Origin: an uncultured virus (IMG/VR IMGVR_UViG_3300022917_000009)
Taxonomy: Duplodnaviria > Heunggongvirae > Uroviricota > Caudoviricetes
Direction: 5' to 3' (one strand)
Length of the DNA: 64,000 nt
Virus record (IMG/VR): IMGVR_UViG_3300022917_000009
The notes beneath the pieces were generated by a model. The model worked only from the letters and a program-made list of their open reading frames with translations. It was not told the DNA's origin and ran no database searches. Shown here piece after piece: positions 9,846-19,127 of this stretch. Position 1 is the stretch's first letter. Every line of letters starts with the position of its first letter. The position numbers and the translations under genes were made by a program.

Positions 9846-10685
9846 TCAGAACTGAGCGTTGGCTGCGGGGAAGAACTGCGAAGCGAGAATGCGTAGAAGC
9901 GCCGACGGGATTCCCTGCTGGCCCATCTGCGAATTCGGCGGAGGAGGTTGCGCGCCGCCAGCCATTTCCATCATGCCCGACCGCCCCTGAGCATCAGCCC
10001 ACTCCTGCCCTGTAGCGCCTCCGGGAGCCGACTGGCCGCCGCCACCGTTCAACGCGGCCATCATCTGCCCAGTCACTTCCGGGCGACTGCCTCCGCGAAG
10101 CATCCCGGGAGGAGCTTGGCCGCCATTCTCCGGCGTGCTTCCGGGACCGGCGAGGGACTGCAAAAGTTCGCCCTTGGCGCGATAGTCGGACTGGGCGCCG
10201 AGTTGAGTGTTGGGGCCAGCGATTCCGAGTTGGGCACCGAGCGCCCGAGACAGTCCGGGATTTCGAGCGGACTGCAATTGACCGGGATGCCCATAGTTGC
10301 TTGGGTTTACATTTGGGGTCGCCGCTTCGGAATACATCTTCGCTATATCAAGCGGCCCCGGCGTGTTGGCCGCAGTGTTCTGCGCAATCGCCATCTGATG
10401 CATCTTCGCCATGTCCATCGCCGAGGGCGTCGCCGCGTTCATCTGGTCGAACCCGCGCTGGGTGATCGCATCCAGTCGCCCCTGATGGTAACGCTTCTTG
10501 TCCTCTTCCATCATGCGCCGACGATAATCGTCCTCGCGGCTGGAGTCGCGATTTCGCATCGCCAACTGCATCATCATGGAGAAGGCGTTCATGCCGTTCG
10601 ACTGATCGAATTGGCGCGAGTCTTCCTGAAGGCGAAGCTCGTTGATCGAAGGGGGCAGACTGCCCATGGCGCCGACGTAGTTCAT
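9846..10685 (-). CDS. putative ejection protein
   Basis: 279 aa Q/M/G-rich low complexity; synteny. Confidence 0.5.
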   Translation of the reverse strand: MNYVGAMGSLPPSINELRLQEDSRQFDQSNGMNAFSMMMQLAMRNRDSSREDDYRRRMMEEDKKRYHQGRLDAITQRGFDQMNAATPSAMDMAKMHQMAIAQNTAANTPGPLDIAKMYSEAATPNVNPSNYGHPGQLQSARNPGLSRALGAQLGIAGPNTQLGAQSDYRAKGELLQSLAGPGSTPENGGQAPPGMLRGGSRPEVTGQMMAALNGGGGQSAPGGATGQEWADAQGRSGMMEMAGGAQPPPPNSQMGQQGIPSALLRILASQFFPAANAQF

Positions 10686-10695
10686 TGGAAGAGCC

Positions 10696-11181
10696 TCACT
10701 GGGAACCTGAGTAGTACCACGGCATTGTGTTCGGATCGTAACGCGGGTCCATGCCTACGGTTGAACCATGATGATTTCCATTCGCGGCAAAATCACCGGG
10801 CAGACTTGGGTTAACGAGGCTACCGGGGCCATCGCCAGTGGTTGCTATCGGCGATCCGGGACGCGGATTGCCGTTGCCGCCCAATCCGCCGCCGTTGCCG
10901 CCCCCCATCATGGCGCTCATCAATTGCTGGAGCATCATCATCATGGGGTTCTGCGCTTGCTTCGGGGAATTGGCCGCGCCCTCGGCGTCGAGTTTCTTGC
11001 GGGTATCCTGATACTGCTTCAGGTAGTCGGGGGTCGCCGAGGGGACATCCGGGCGCCCGGCCATAGTTCGATCCGAGTTCGCCGCTTGGAGGGCGCGAAT
11101 CTGATCCCCGTACTTCTGCGCCGAGTCTCCCTTCGGAGTCGCACGCTGGAGGGCCTGCATGAGTGCTTGCGGAGAGACCAT
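10696..11181 (-). CDS. putative internal virion protein
   Basis: GAGG RBS; MQQLMSAMMGGG segment resembles the C-terminus of the neighbouring gene. Confidence 0.5.
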   Translation of the reverse strand: MVSPQALMQALQRATPKGDSAQKYGDQIRALQAANSDRTMAGRPDVPSATPDYLKQYQDTRKKLDAEGAANSPKQAQNPMMMMLQQLMSAMMGGGNGGGLGGNGNPRPGSPIATTGDGPGSLVNPSLPGDFAANGNHHGSTVGMDPRYDPNTMPWYYSGSQ

Positions 11182-11189
11182 TCGCTACC

Positions 11190-12284
11190 TCAGTGATTCC
11201 AAGTTGTGTATCCGTAACCGCCGCCACCGCCACTTCCGCCACCGAAGCCGCCAGAACCAGAGCCCGACCCGGAATTTCCGCCGCCACCCGCGCCCCCAGA
11301 CCCTCCGCCCATACCGCTCATCATTTGAGTGAACATGTCCATCAACTGCTGCATGAAGTCGTTGTTGGAATTGTTCTGATTCGCGGCGTTCTGCGCGTTT
11401 ACATTCTGGTTCGTCGGGTTCAACTGCGCTGCAAGTTCGCCGAGGTTCCCGGGAGTTGAATAGCCGCCCGCATTAAATCCGCCGAGCATCTGAAGGATGA
11501 TGGGGAAGTACGCGGCGGGATTGTACCCAGCCTGCGCCAGTCCGTCCATCAACCCCTGCAATTCGGTGAGTTGCTGCGTCTGGTTGAACTGGTAATTGTT
11601 CTGATTCAGTCCGGCCCAATCGAGTTCGTTCTGACTGTTCAATTGCGCCCACGACAGGTCGTTTCCCATGAGGGCTTGCAGGCGGGAAAGGTCCAACTGA
11701 CCCATGCCCAAATCCCGGTCGAGGCCGAGGCGCCCCATGCCGAGTTGCTGATTGATCGAAGCGTTCCGGTTGCCGAGGGCGTTCTCCGCCTGCGACGTAA
11801 TGTTCTGAAGGCTCAAGGCATCGCGCGCAGTTTGGTTCTGCCCGTACTGAAGCGAGCCTGACAGATTGGCGAGTTGGGCTTGAAGGTCGTTCGCTGCGTT
11901 CTTGAATCCGATGTCCGTCTGAAAGCCACGTTCCGCGTTAACCATGTCGTCGCCAGCACGAGAAGACTGCGCGGCGCCCATGAGTTGCATCATGGCATCA
12001 TTCGCCGCACTCGCCGCCTCTCCGCCGTGGGATCGGCGAAACTGATCGGCGGCAGTGGATGCGCCCGTCATGGCATCGGTGCGAGCGCGATTGGCGCGGT
12101 TCTGCATGTCGGGATCGGCGGCGATAGAGGACCACGACGGGGCACTAACCTGATTCGCACGCGCCCAATATGGAGTCTGCATGGGCGTCTGCGAGAAATT
12201 CGCCCATCCCGGCTGATTGGCGTTCCCGCCTGAATTGCCCCCGCCGCCGGGGATGTTGGTAGTCGGATTCAGTCCGTATGGCAT
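11190..12284 (-). CDS. putative ejection/pilot protein
   Basis: start MPYGLNP with GGAG RBS; N/Q/G-rich with poly-Gly tail. Confidence 0.55.
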   Translation of the reverse strand: MPYGLNPTTNIPGGGGNSGGNANQPGWANFSQTPMQTPYWARANQVSAPSWSSIAADPDMQNRANRARTDAMTGASTAADQFRRSHGGEAASAANDAMMQLMGAAQSSRAGDDMVNAERGFQTDIGFKNAANDLQAQLANLSGSLQYGQNQTARDALSLQNITSQAENALGNRNASINQQLGMGRLGLDRDLGMGQLDLSRLQALMGNDLSWAQLNSQNELDWAGLNQNNYQFNQTQQLTELQGLMDGLAQAGYNPAAYFPIILQMLGGFNAGGYSTPGNLGELAAQLNPTNQNVNAQNAANQNNSNNDFMQQLMDMFTQMMSGMGGGSGGAGGGGNSGSGSGSGGFGGGSGGGGGYGYTTWNH

Positions 12285-12340
12285 CGCGTGTTCTCCGCTG
12301 CGGGGATTGAGCAACCCAAAGAATGCCAAATCAAGAGCAA

Positions 12341-12374
12341 ATAGAAAGCGGCGCCACCTCACCGGGACGCCGCC
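12341..12374 (-). terminator. intrinsic terminator
   Basis: minus strand GCGGCGTC..GGCGCCGC then TTTCTATTT. Confidence 0.55.
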
Positions 12375-12418
12375 TTACTACACAGTGACAGACGAGGTGC
12401 TCGTCCCGCTCTCTTACC

Positions 12419-12538
12419 TCAGCACTTCTTGCCGCCCTTCGCTGCGGGTTTGCCCTTCATCGGGGGAGCCGCGGCGCCCTTACCCTTGGCCGCGCCCTTC
12501 GCGGGGAACGGATTCACGCCCTTCTTGCCTGCTGCCAT
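12419..12538 (-). CDS. 39-aa Lys/Ala/Gly-rich basic microprotein
   Basis: MAAGKKGVNPFPAKGAAKGKGAAAPPMKGKPAAKGGKKC*, RBS GGAAGGTGG; below ORF-track cutoff. Confidence 0.6.
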   Translation of the reverse strand: MAAGKKGVNPFPAKGAAKGKGAAAPPMKGKPAAKGGKKC

Positions 12539-12698
12539 CTGAATCACCACCTTCCTGAATGAGTTGTCGTGCTTGCTCTGCTGTGATGCGAATTCTAGGT
12601 GTGACCATCCGCTGATACATCTCGTACATCCCGGCCCGATAGTCCGGCGGATTGGGCTGCTTCGCCACGGGATGCGGAGGGTACGCGAAGCATGACAT
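12480..12698 (-). CDS. hypothetical protein
   Basis: TGATG coupling to upstream gene. Confidence 0.4.
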   Translation of the reverse strand: MSCFAYPPHPVAKQPNPPDYRAGMYEMYQRMVTPRIRITAEQARQLIQEGGDSDGSRQEGRESVPREGRGQG

Positions 12699-12910
12699 CA
12701 GCCGGGCCGAATCTCAAGGACTTCGATGCCGAGCGCCTGCTCCAATTGTTCCTTGGTGTAGTCCGTATCGAATCCTTCATCGGAGAAGTGGAGGCGAATC
12801 TTCCCATCCTCCTGACCCACGATGGGAGTACCGTACAGATTGTCGGCGCCGGGATCAACTGGAACGGTTGTTCCGGGATCATCAAGAACGGGAATGGGAA
12901 CGGGATTCAT
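12698..12910 (-). CDS. hypothetical protein
   Basis: ATGA overlap, AGGAG RBS. Confidence 0.55.
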   Translation of the reverse strand: MNPVPIPVLDDPGTTVPVDPGADNLYGTPIVGQEDGKIRLHFSDEGFDTDYTKEQLEQALGIEVLEIRPG

Positions 12911-13440
12911 TGTGAGGCTCCTTGCATGGAGGGGGGAGTGCTTGATGGGACTGGAGTATTGCCGCGCTGCCGGGATAGAGCGGTCTCCATCGCGTGCGCC
13001 AGATTCATGTTCTCAACGAGCTTGGTTGTGGCAACTGTAAGCCCCGACAGCTTCTCAATCGTGCTGTCGTACTTCGCCGACTGCCTATCCATCGAAGCCG
13101 CGAGCACCGCCGTTTGTGTGGCGTGATAAGTGCGAATGTCGGCGAGGTCCACCTTGAACGCTTCGCGCTCTGCTCGGGCGGAGGCTTGCATATCGCTGAT
13201 TGCCTTGAGTGTGGCGGCATCCTTTTTCTCATCGGCGGCAAGACGTTGCGCGCGTTCAAGTCGGTCAGCTTCGCGGGCCGTTGACATGTCCTTGATGATC
13301 CACGTTATCACGCCGATAAGTCCAACGAAGACTGTGGCATTGAGCCAATTCCCAGCCTCGCCCGGAACCGCCGAGGGATTTACTTGAAGTGCCAACTCGG
13401 CAATCCCAAGACCAATTAAGGAAGCTATTTTAAGTATCAT
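12907..13440 (-). CDS. membrane protein with coiled coil (holin/spanin-like candidate)
   Basis: two hydrophobic segments then long helix; GAAGGA RBS before ATG 13440. Confidence 0.5.
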   Translation of the reverse strand: MILKIASLIGLGIAELALQVNPSAVPGEAGNWLNATVFVGLIGVITWIIKDMSTAREADRLERAQRLAADEKKDAATLKAISDMQASARAEREAFKVDLADIRTYHATQTAVLAASMDRQSAKYDSTIEKLSGLTVATTKLVENMNLAHAMETALSRQRGNTPVPSSTPPSMQGASQ

Positions 13441-13508
13441 TCTGCGTCTTCCTTCGGTCATCGCGACATCCGGCGAAGTGGTTACAGCAAGCACTGCGGG
13501 ACTCCGTG

Positions 13509-13802
13509 TTACAAATTCTTCTCTGCGTCGTTTAACTTCGTAACAGCGGCGACCGCGGGGGCGAGAACGGTTCTCTCCACCCCCGCTTCAGTCGCATTCT
13601 CAAACGCCTCCTTCTTGATGCCGGTCGTCGAAGGATTGACGGGCGCGTTCTCAATCGCCGCGATGGCTGCATTGAGGGCCGCGCGGAGGTCGTGCGTTTT
13701 CCGATAGTCCTTGTAAATCTTCACTGCCGCCGTGAGGCCGACACCGATTGCGTCCCAATGGCTGATGAAGAAATCGACGAGGGTGGGGAAGGAGAGCGTC
13801 AT
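13509..13802 (-). CDS. small membrane-associated protein (holin-like candidate)
   Basis: MTLSFPTLVDFFISHWDAIGVGLTAAV; AAGGA RBS. Confidence 0.45.
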   Translation of the reverse strand: MTLSFPTLVDFFISHWDAIGVGLTAAVKIYKDYRKTHDLRAALNAAIAAIENAPVNPSTTGIKKEAFENATEAGVERTVLAPAVAAVTKLNDAEKNL

Positions 13803-13804
13803 AG

Positions 13805-14107
13805 TCAGGCGTCCTTGGGCAGGCAGTAAACGTGGATTTGGTCTTCCGGGAGTTGATGCCGCTTGAGCGTCTCGAACGACAGCCAGCCTTTGGCGCTCTG
13901 CTGTACAAGGAGGTTGTCGAGGAGACCAGCCAGCTTCTCCGGCACGCACGCTACGAATTTGGCGCCCGGGGTTTCCCGAAACAAGTCGTGAGCGCGAAGG
14001 ATGATGTGGCACAGTCCTTCGGCGTCCCATGCTACGTCCGGCGCTCTTCCAAATCCCGTGATGTCGGGACGTGGCCCACAGAGGTTGTGAATGCACGCTA
14101 GGCTCAT
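13805..14107 (-). CDS. hypothetical protein
   Basis: tight packing between neighbours; start MSLACIH. Confidence 0.5.
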   Translation of the reverse strand: MSLACIHNLCGPRPDITGFGRAPDVAWDAEGLCHIILRAHDLFRETPGAKFVACVPEKLAGLLDNLLVQQSAKGWLSFETLKRHQLPEDQIHVYCLPKDA

Positions 14108-14109
14108 GG

Positions 14110-14544
14110 TCAGGCATCCGTCGAGTTGAGTGCGGCGGCGATCTGCCCGCCAAGTGCGAGAACCTGCGGGACCAGAACCGGCGCCGTCGCCCCGCCGCTT
14201 ATGGCGGTTCCGGCGAGAGCGGTGATGGTAGCAAAGATTCCAGTAACGAGAGCCTTGTTCTGCTGGAGGCGCGCGGCAACCTGTGCGGCGTGGAGGCGGA
14301 CCGTGTCCTGCTGCCACTGCTGGATACCAGCCGGATCACCGAGTCGCACGTCAATCTGGGTGAATGTCGTAGCCCATTCCTGATTGCCTTCTTCCCACGC
14401 CTTGACTGCCGCATCGTGAATCGCAACCTGTGCTTCGAGGGCCGTCTGAATCGCCCCCGCAATCTTGTCTCCATCCCATGGTTGACCGGCAGGCGGCGCA
14501 GCAGAGGCGACAGCGCGGATGATGTCATTTGGGTATAGGCTCAT
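14110..14544 (-). CDS. membrane protein
   Basis: C-terminal hydrophobic segment; ATGA overlap. Confidence 0.55.
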   Translation of the reverse strand: MSLYPNDIIRAVASAAPPAGQPWDGDKIAGAIQTALEAQVAIHDAAVKAWEEGNQEWATTFTQIDVRLGDPAGIQQWQQDTVRLHAAQVAARLQQNKALVTGIFATITALAGTAISGGATAPVLVPQVLALGGQIAAALNSTDA

Positions 14545-15131
14545 TGGGGTTCTCCGAGAGGGTCAGTGGGTTCCGTTGTCGTGTCATGGTTGCCCTTCGA
14601 ATCCACCGGCTGCGGGGGATGCGCTGCCTGATACTGCGACCACAATTCGTTGCCCGTCTTGATGGCCTCGGTGAGCGCGAGGTCCGCCGTCTGTTTCGCG
14701 ATGGTCAACTCCGCATCGGACATCGCCGAGAGCGAGCGGAATCCTCCGGCGAGGGCGACCTCCTCGGCGTACAGCGTCTCCACCTTCTGATACTCGGCGT
14801 CAGAGTTCGTGCGCAGAGTTTCGATGGCGTTGAAGTAATTTGTGTAGTTGGCCGCGACGTACTTGGCGACCTCGTCCTTGCCAAACGGCGCCGATGTCGC
14901 ACGAGCGTTCTGGGCGGCGAGAACCTGCTTCAGGCGGTTCACTTCCGACTTCACGCGAAAGTCGATGTGCGCTATGACGAGTCGGCGCTGCTGATACGCG
15001 TTGTCCTTCGTCTTGGCCTCGGACTGCCACGCGAACTCGGCGCGGGTGAGCGCGGCCTTCGTCGAGGAGCAGCCCATCACTCCGACGGCAAGCACGGCGG
15101 ACAAAATCAGTGGTGTAAATCGTCTCATCAA
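14541..15131 (-). CDS. lipoprotein
   Basis: signal peptide with lipobox VMGC, AGGAGG RBS, helical body. Confidence 0.65.
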   Translation of the reverse strand: MMRRFTPLILSAVLAVGVMGCSSTKAALTRAEFAWQSEAKTKDNAYQQRRLVIAHIDFRVKSEVNRLKQVLAAQNARATSAPFGKDEVAKYVAANYTNYFNAIETLRTNSDAEYQKVETLYAEEVALAGGFRSLSAMSDAELTIAKQTADLALTEAIKTGNELWSQYQAAHPPQPVDSKGNHDTTTEPTDPLGEPQ

Positions 15132-15184
15132 ACTTCCTCCTGTGGGTTCACCTTGGCGCTGCGGTAATCGGAGTCAACGATGAA

Positions 15185-15463
15185 TCAGTCGCCAGACTCA
15201 GTGGTCTGCTTCGGGCGGCGAGCAACTCGGTTGTCTTCGTCGTCTTGCGAACAGAACCGTTCTGCCGATGCGCGTCTCGCATACCAGTTCCCCCAGCCCG
15301 CATTCATCCACTCAGTCGTGCCCTCTTTCGGGCTGAAATAAGTGGTGAGAATGAGAACCGAATCGAGGCCGAGTTCCTCGCGAATTCGCTTGGAGTATTC
15401 AAGAAGGACAGCGTGCTCATCAGCGACTCGGCCAAGCTCTTCGTTTTCAATGGGAACGTCCAT
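15185..15463 (-). CDS. hypothetical protein
   Basis: GGAGGAG RBS before MDVPIEN. Confidence 0.55.
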   Translation of the reverse strand: MDVPIENEELGRVADEHAVLLEYSKRIREELGLDSVLILTTYFSPKEGTTEWMNAGWGNWYARRASAERFCSQDDEDNRVARRPKQTTESGD

Positions 15464-15665
15464 GCTCACTCCTCCATGAATTGTCGTGATCCTCTTCCGG
15501 GTCGCACGCGCACGGTTCGTGGTCGCAGCGCAGGCAGACTTCGTGGTGGGGGCGAGATGTCGGGAAATGACCACGATTCGCCACACCGCATCCCAAAACG
15601 GACAGGCAGAGGCCAATGAAGACCCCTGCCTTTGCCGTGGATAGGGTTCTGGTCAGCCCCGACAT
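15447..15665 (-). CDS. small Cys/His-rich putative lipoprotein
   Basis: TAATG coupling; hydrophobic stretch with VLGC. Confidence 0.4.
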   Translation of the reverse strand: MSGLTRTLSTAKAGVFIGLCLSVLGCGVANRGHFPTSRPHHEVCLRCDHEPCACDPEEDHDNSWRSEHGRSH

Positions 15666-16744
15666 TAATTGAACGCCACGATATCGACGCTGGTGGCACC
15701 GTCTGTAACACCCGAAAGCGTGATGGTGACGGTGTTTGAAGACGGGATCGCCGAGATGATCGAAACGGCTGTTCCGTTTGCCGACACAATGGTAGCCTGA
15801 ATTTTGGACGCGGCTGTGACCCCAGTCACCGTAACGGCTATGGTGGAGTTGTCAAAAGGGACAATCCCGGTGGCGAGCAGTACTCGCGTGATCGCTGTTC
15901 CGCCCGTGCCGAGCGTGGCGCCACCTGCTAAGACCGGCGCGGATGTCCATGTCGGTGAAGCGGCGCCAGCACTTTGAAGAATTTGTCCGCTGGTGCCAGC
16001 TGAGGAATACGCGTGAGCCGTACCGGTTCCATAGCCTACGCCACCGTTTGTCGGAGTCGCCGAGGAATTCGTTCCGCCATTCGCCACCGGGAGCAGCGTC
16101 ACCCAAGCCGGAGCAGAGGCACCGCCGGACGTGAGAATCTGGCCCGCAGAACCCGCAGCGGTATAGGCGTGCGCAGTGCCCGTGCCGTAGCCGACCCCGC
16201 CCGCCGTTGCCGTAGCCGCCGAGTTGGTGCCGCCGTTGGCAATAGGCAGAAGCGTCACCCATGCGGGCGTTGATGTTCCGCCAGAGGTCAGGATTTGCCC
16301 AGCACTGCCAGCAACGGTACAGGCGCCGACGGTAGTTGAGGAGCCCCACAGCACGCCACCCGCGACGAACGCCGAGGTCTGATTGAGACCGCCCTTCGAT
16401 ACCGGCACAGTCGGAAGGTCTGCGGCGACTAGAGCGCGGAACTCTGCATCGTCAGGATCGGAACCGCTCGCTGGGCCTGCGTATACCGTGTTGGGATCGG
16501 CGACATTGACCGCTGGCACCAACGCGTTCACATCAGCGATGAGCGCATAGGGTACATATCCGATTCGCGCCTGCACCTCCGGCGAAACAACGAGGCCACA
16601 GACCGTCGCCGATGGCGTGCTACCCGCAGTGTCGAAATACGGAACAGTGCCCAGCACTTCAGAGATTTCGATGGTCTGTGAGCGAAGGCCGTTAGTCGTC
16701 GTTCGGTCGCCGTTCGCCCAGACTTGGATTTCGTAGAGAGGCAT
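15665..16744 (-). CDS. tail fibre protein
   Basis: FRALVAADLP and about three 52-aa LPIANGGTN...GQILTSGG..PAW repeats typical of fibres. Confidence 0.75.
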   Translation of the reverse strand: MPLYEIQVWANGDRTTTNGLRSQTIEISEVLGTVPYFDTAGSTPSATVCGLVVSPEVQARIGYVPYALIADVNALVPAVNVADPNTVYAGPASGSDPDDAEFRALVAADLPTVPVSKGGLNQTSAFVAGGVLWGSSTTVGACTVAGSAGQILTSGGTSTPAWVTLLPIANGGTNSAATATAGGVGYGTGTAHAYTAAGSAGQILTSGGASAPAWVTLLPVANGGTNSSATPTNGGVGYGTGTAHAYSSAGTSGQILQSAGAASPTWTSAPVLAGGATLGTGGTAITRVLLATGIVPFDNSTIAVTVTGVTAASKIQATIVSANGTAVSIISAIPSSNTVTITLSGVTDGATSVDIVAFN

Positions 16745-16834
16745 TGGAGGGGGAGACTTCCTTTCGGTGTGTTCAGGTTCGCGCGGGAGCGTGCGGGGAG
16801 CGGGTACGGCAGTCAATCAGATGTAACGAGTGTG

Positions 16835-18442
16835 CTAGTTGATAGCGGTCACGCAGACTGTAACCGGGGTCGTGCATCCAGCCGTGAAAAACACCTCGAC
16901 TTGATCTGAATTAGGTATTGCAAACAGAATGGGACCGGCGGTGTTGGTGTCACTGGTGGCAGTTGCGGTCACGATAGAGGATGAGCCAACGCCCGGAACG
17001 GATACGACGATGCTGCTCGATAGCGCAGGCAACGTGTCAGTGGCGAATCGAATGCCGGTGATAACACCAATGCCCGTGCCCGTGCCAATGCTGACGTTTC
17101 CGTTCATCGTGCCGGTGGCGCTGCTGCCCGTTCCCAAAACGTACACATCGTCGTCGGCTGTGAAAGTGGTCCCTCCGCCGCCGCCGCCGCCGGTAGTTAC
17201 GGAACCATGCAGCGTCCCGGTGTTCCCGGCGCCACCACCGAGCGTGTAATCCGAATCGGTGAAAAAGTTGTCGTGCGCCGTGAACTGCCCGTTGGCCTGC
17301 ACTGTCCCGTTAAAGGTTCCCGTCGATCCGATACCGCCGAGTTTGTAGTCCCCGCCATCTACATCAATGTCTCCCTCGAACGTGAACTTTTGGTCGCTTC
17401 CTATTTTGGCGGCGATCACGGGAGTTGACGACCCATCCGGAGTTGTAAGAAATTCGATGCTCCCGGGCATATCGTTTGTTCCAACAACACCGTCTACCAC
17501 CGTCTGAATAACCGCGGCGGTACGAAAAGTCGTTCCGTCATGCCCAGTTGACCGATACGATGTGATTGTATCTCCGTTTTGAAGGGCTGTGTTCCCCGCA
17601 CGGGACCGCTGAGTGATGTACTGAGCGGGGTCTGATGGTGTCGAAGACGACTTTACATTGAAGATTCCGTTCTCGGCGGACAAACTGGATGCCGTTGAGA
17701 TGAACTGGGTTGCGGCAAACGCTCCAGTCCAGTTTTGCACCCCATCAGAAACAGTGAACGGATCGGCGAGAGCCCATCCTGCATTCGCGTACGCAGCCAC
17801 AGTTCCGGAACCAGCCACCGCAGTTCCGTTAACGGTGCGAGAAGGATTCCCAAGCGTGGGGATCGTCCCCCCGGTGAACGTGATGTTGCCCGCCGAATCG
17901 AGATTGATTGGACTGGTCGCCGAAACAGCCATCGTGCCACCAGCGTTCGGAATATTGATGAACCGGTTCGCCGTAGGGTCCACTGGCGAAAGGAACGTCT
18001 TGAACAAGTCGCCCGTGTTGCCCTCGAACGTCCACCCGCCGAGAGTCGAGTTGTAGTACACCGACTTGTCCGTTGCGAGCCCCGTAGCCGCGAAGGTTGC
18101 GCCGAAGTCGTTGGTCGCACCCGGAGGCCCCAAAACGTACATCGCCGTACTGTCGCCCAAATGCTGAACAGTAAGGCTCGCATCGGAGCCTATCGAATTG
18201 ATGATGATGGGGTTCGTCGTGCTGTTCCCAACGTCGGTAACAGACTGCAAATCCTGCGGGAACCCGATGCCGCCGATGGTGAATTGATCCTGCCCCACAA
18301 GGACAATGCTGCCGTCGAAGGGCGGAGTAGCCACTGGCGGTGCGATGAAATATAGCGTGCCCGTAGTCGTCCCGTCCGAGGCGAACACCGTCGCGAGTTG
18401 TTTGTCGGGATTGCCCGGGCGATACGTGTACAATCGGTTCAC
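16835..18442 (-). CDS. tail fibre/receptor-binding protein
   Basis: G/T-rich, LQSVTDVGNSTT, PTANRFINIPNAGGT, DMPGSIEFLTTPDG motifs; start (GTG ~18442) uncertain. Confidence 0.7.
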   Translation of the reverse strand: MNRLYTYRPGNPDKQLATVFASDGTTTGTLYFIAPPVATPPFDGSIVLVGQDQFTIGGIGFPQDLQSVTDVGNSTTNPIIINSIGSDASLTVQHLGDSTAMYVLGPPGATNDFGATFAATGLATDKSVYYNSTLGGWTFEGNTGDLFKTFLSPVDPTANRFINIPNAGGTMAVSATSPINLDSAGNITFTGGTIPTLGNPSRTVNGTAVAGSGTVAAYANAGWALADPFTVSDGVQNWTGAFAATQFISTASSLSAENGIFNVKSSSTPSDPAQYITQRSRAGNTALQNGDTITSYRSTGHDGTTFRTAAVIQTVVDGVVGTNDMPGSIEFLTTPDGSSTPVIAAKIGSDQKFTFEGDIDVDGGDYKLGGIGSTGTFNGTVQANGQFTAHDNFFTDSDYTLGGGAGNTGTLHGSVTTGGGGGGGTTFTADDDVYVLGTGSSATGTMNGNVSIGTGTGIGVITGIRFATDTLPALSSSIVVSVPGVGSSSIVTATATSDTNTAGPILFAIPNSDQVEVFFTAGCTTPVTVCVTAIN

Positions 18443-18461
18443 GCCCGCGGGCTCAGTGGCT

Positions 18462-19127
18462 TCACACGATGTAGGATACTGAACCATCGCGAAACTTGCC
18501 GCGAACAAAACCAACAGGGGCGCTGCCTTGATTAAACTGCGAAGTACCGACGATCTGCTTGATTTGTGCTCCACCAACGGGAACTCCATTTGCAGTAACG
18601 AGGTCTGTGTCGTCATCGGTCGTAGCTCCATCCTGATAGAGGTAAAGGGTTCCTAGCGGGTTAGTGCCGCGCCCGCTCTTGATAGCAATTGGCATCGAGG
18701 CAACATCGTCGCTGATGTCCACGTATCCACCCGGAACCATCGCGACGACGATAAAGTTGGCCCACTTGTTTACGTCCCGGCAGTCCGCGGCTGAAACCGA
18801 GGCTGCCGCGTAATGAACAAGCTGGCCGACGTAGAGGTTGCTGGCGAAAACTCTAAGGGTCGTATGGGCAATGGCGCTTGGATTGGGAGCCAAGGGCGCG
18901 TTGCCTTCGAAGCCGCCCCCTCCTGATCCGCCGCCGCTCCCCGTCAACACCGGGTTCGAATAAATCGACTCTGGGTTTTGCGGCGTTCGGTTGGAAATCT
19001 GGTTGTTCTGGGAGAGCGTAAGGTCCGTGAGGAAGTTCCGCCAGCCATCGCGAACCGTGTTCCCGAATCGCGCTCCATCGAAGAGCGAGTCGTGGCGGCT
19101 AAACTCTGTCGGGTTACGAATTCCCAT
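18462..19127 (-). CDS. putative tail protein
   Basis: overlaps end of the large tail gene; beta-rich. Confidence 0.5.
   Translation of the reverse strand: MGIRNPTEFSRHDSLFDGARFGNTVRDGWRNFLTDLTLSQNNQISNRTPQNPESIYSNPVLTGSGGGSGGGGFEGNAPLAPNPSAIAHTTLRVFASNLYVGQLVHYAAASVSAADCRDVNKWANFIVVAMVPGGYVDISDDVASMPIAIKSGRGTNPLGTLYLYQDGATTDDDTDLVTANGVPVGGAQIKQIVGTSQFNQGSAPVGFVRGKFRDGSVSYIV

Noticed and set aside
15665..18442. Diversity-generating retroelement targeting the fibres
   Set aside because: No reverse transcriptase and no adenine-variant TR/VR nucleotide pair seen; tip similarity is protein-level only
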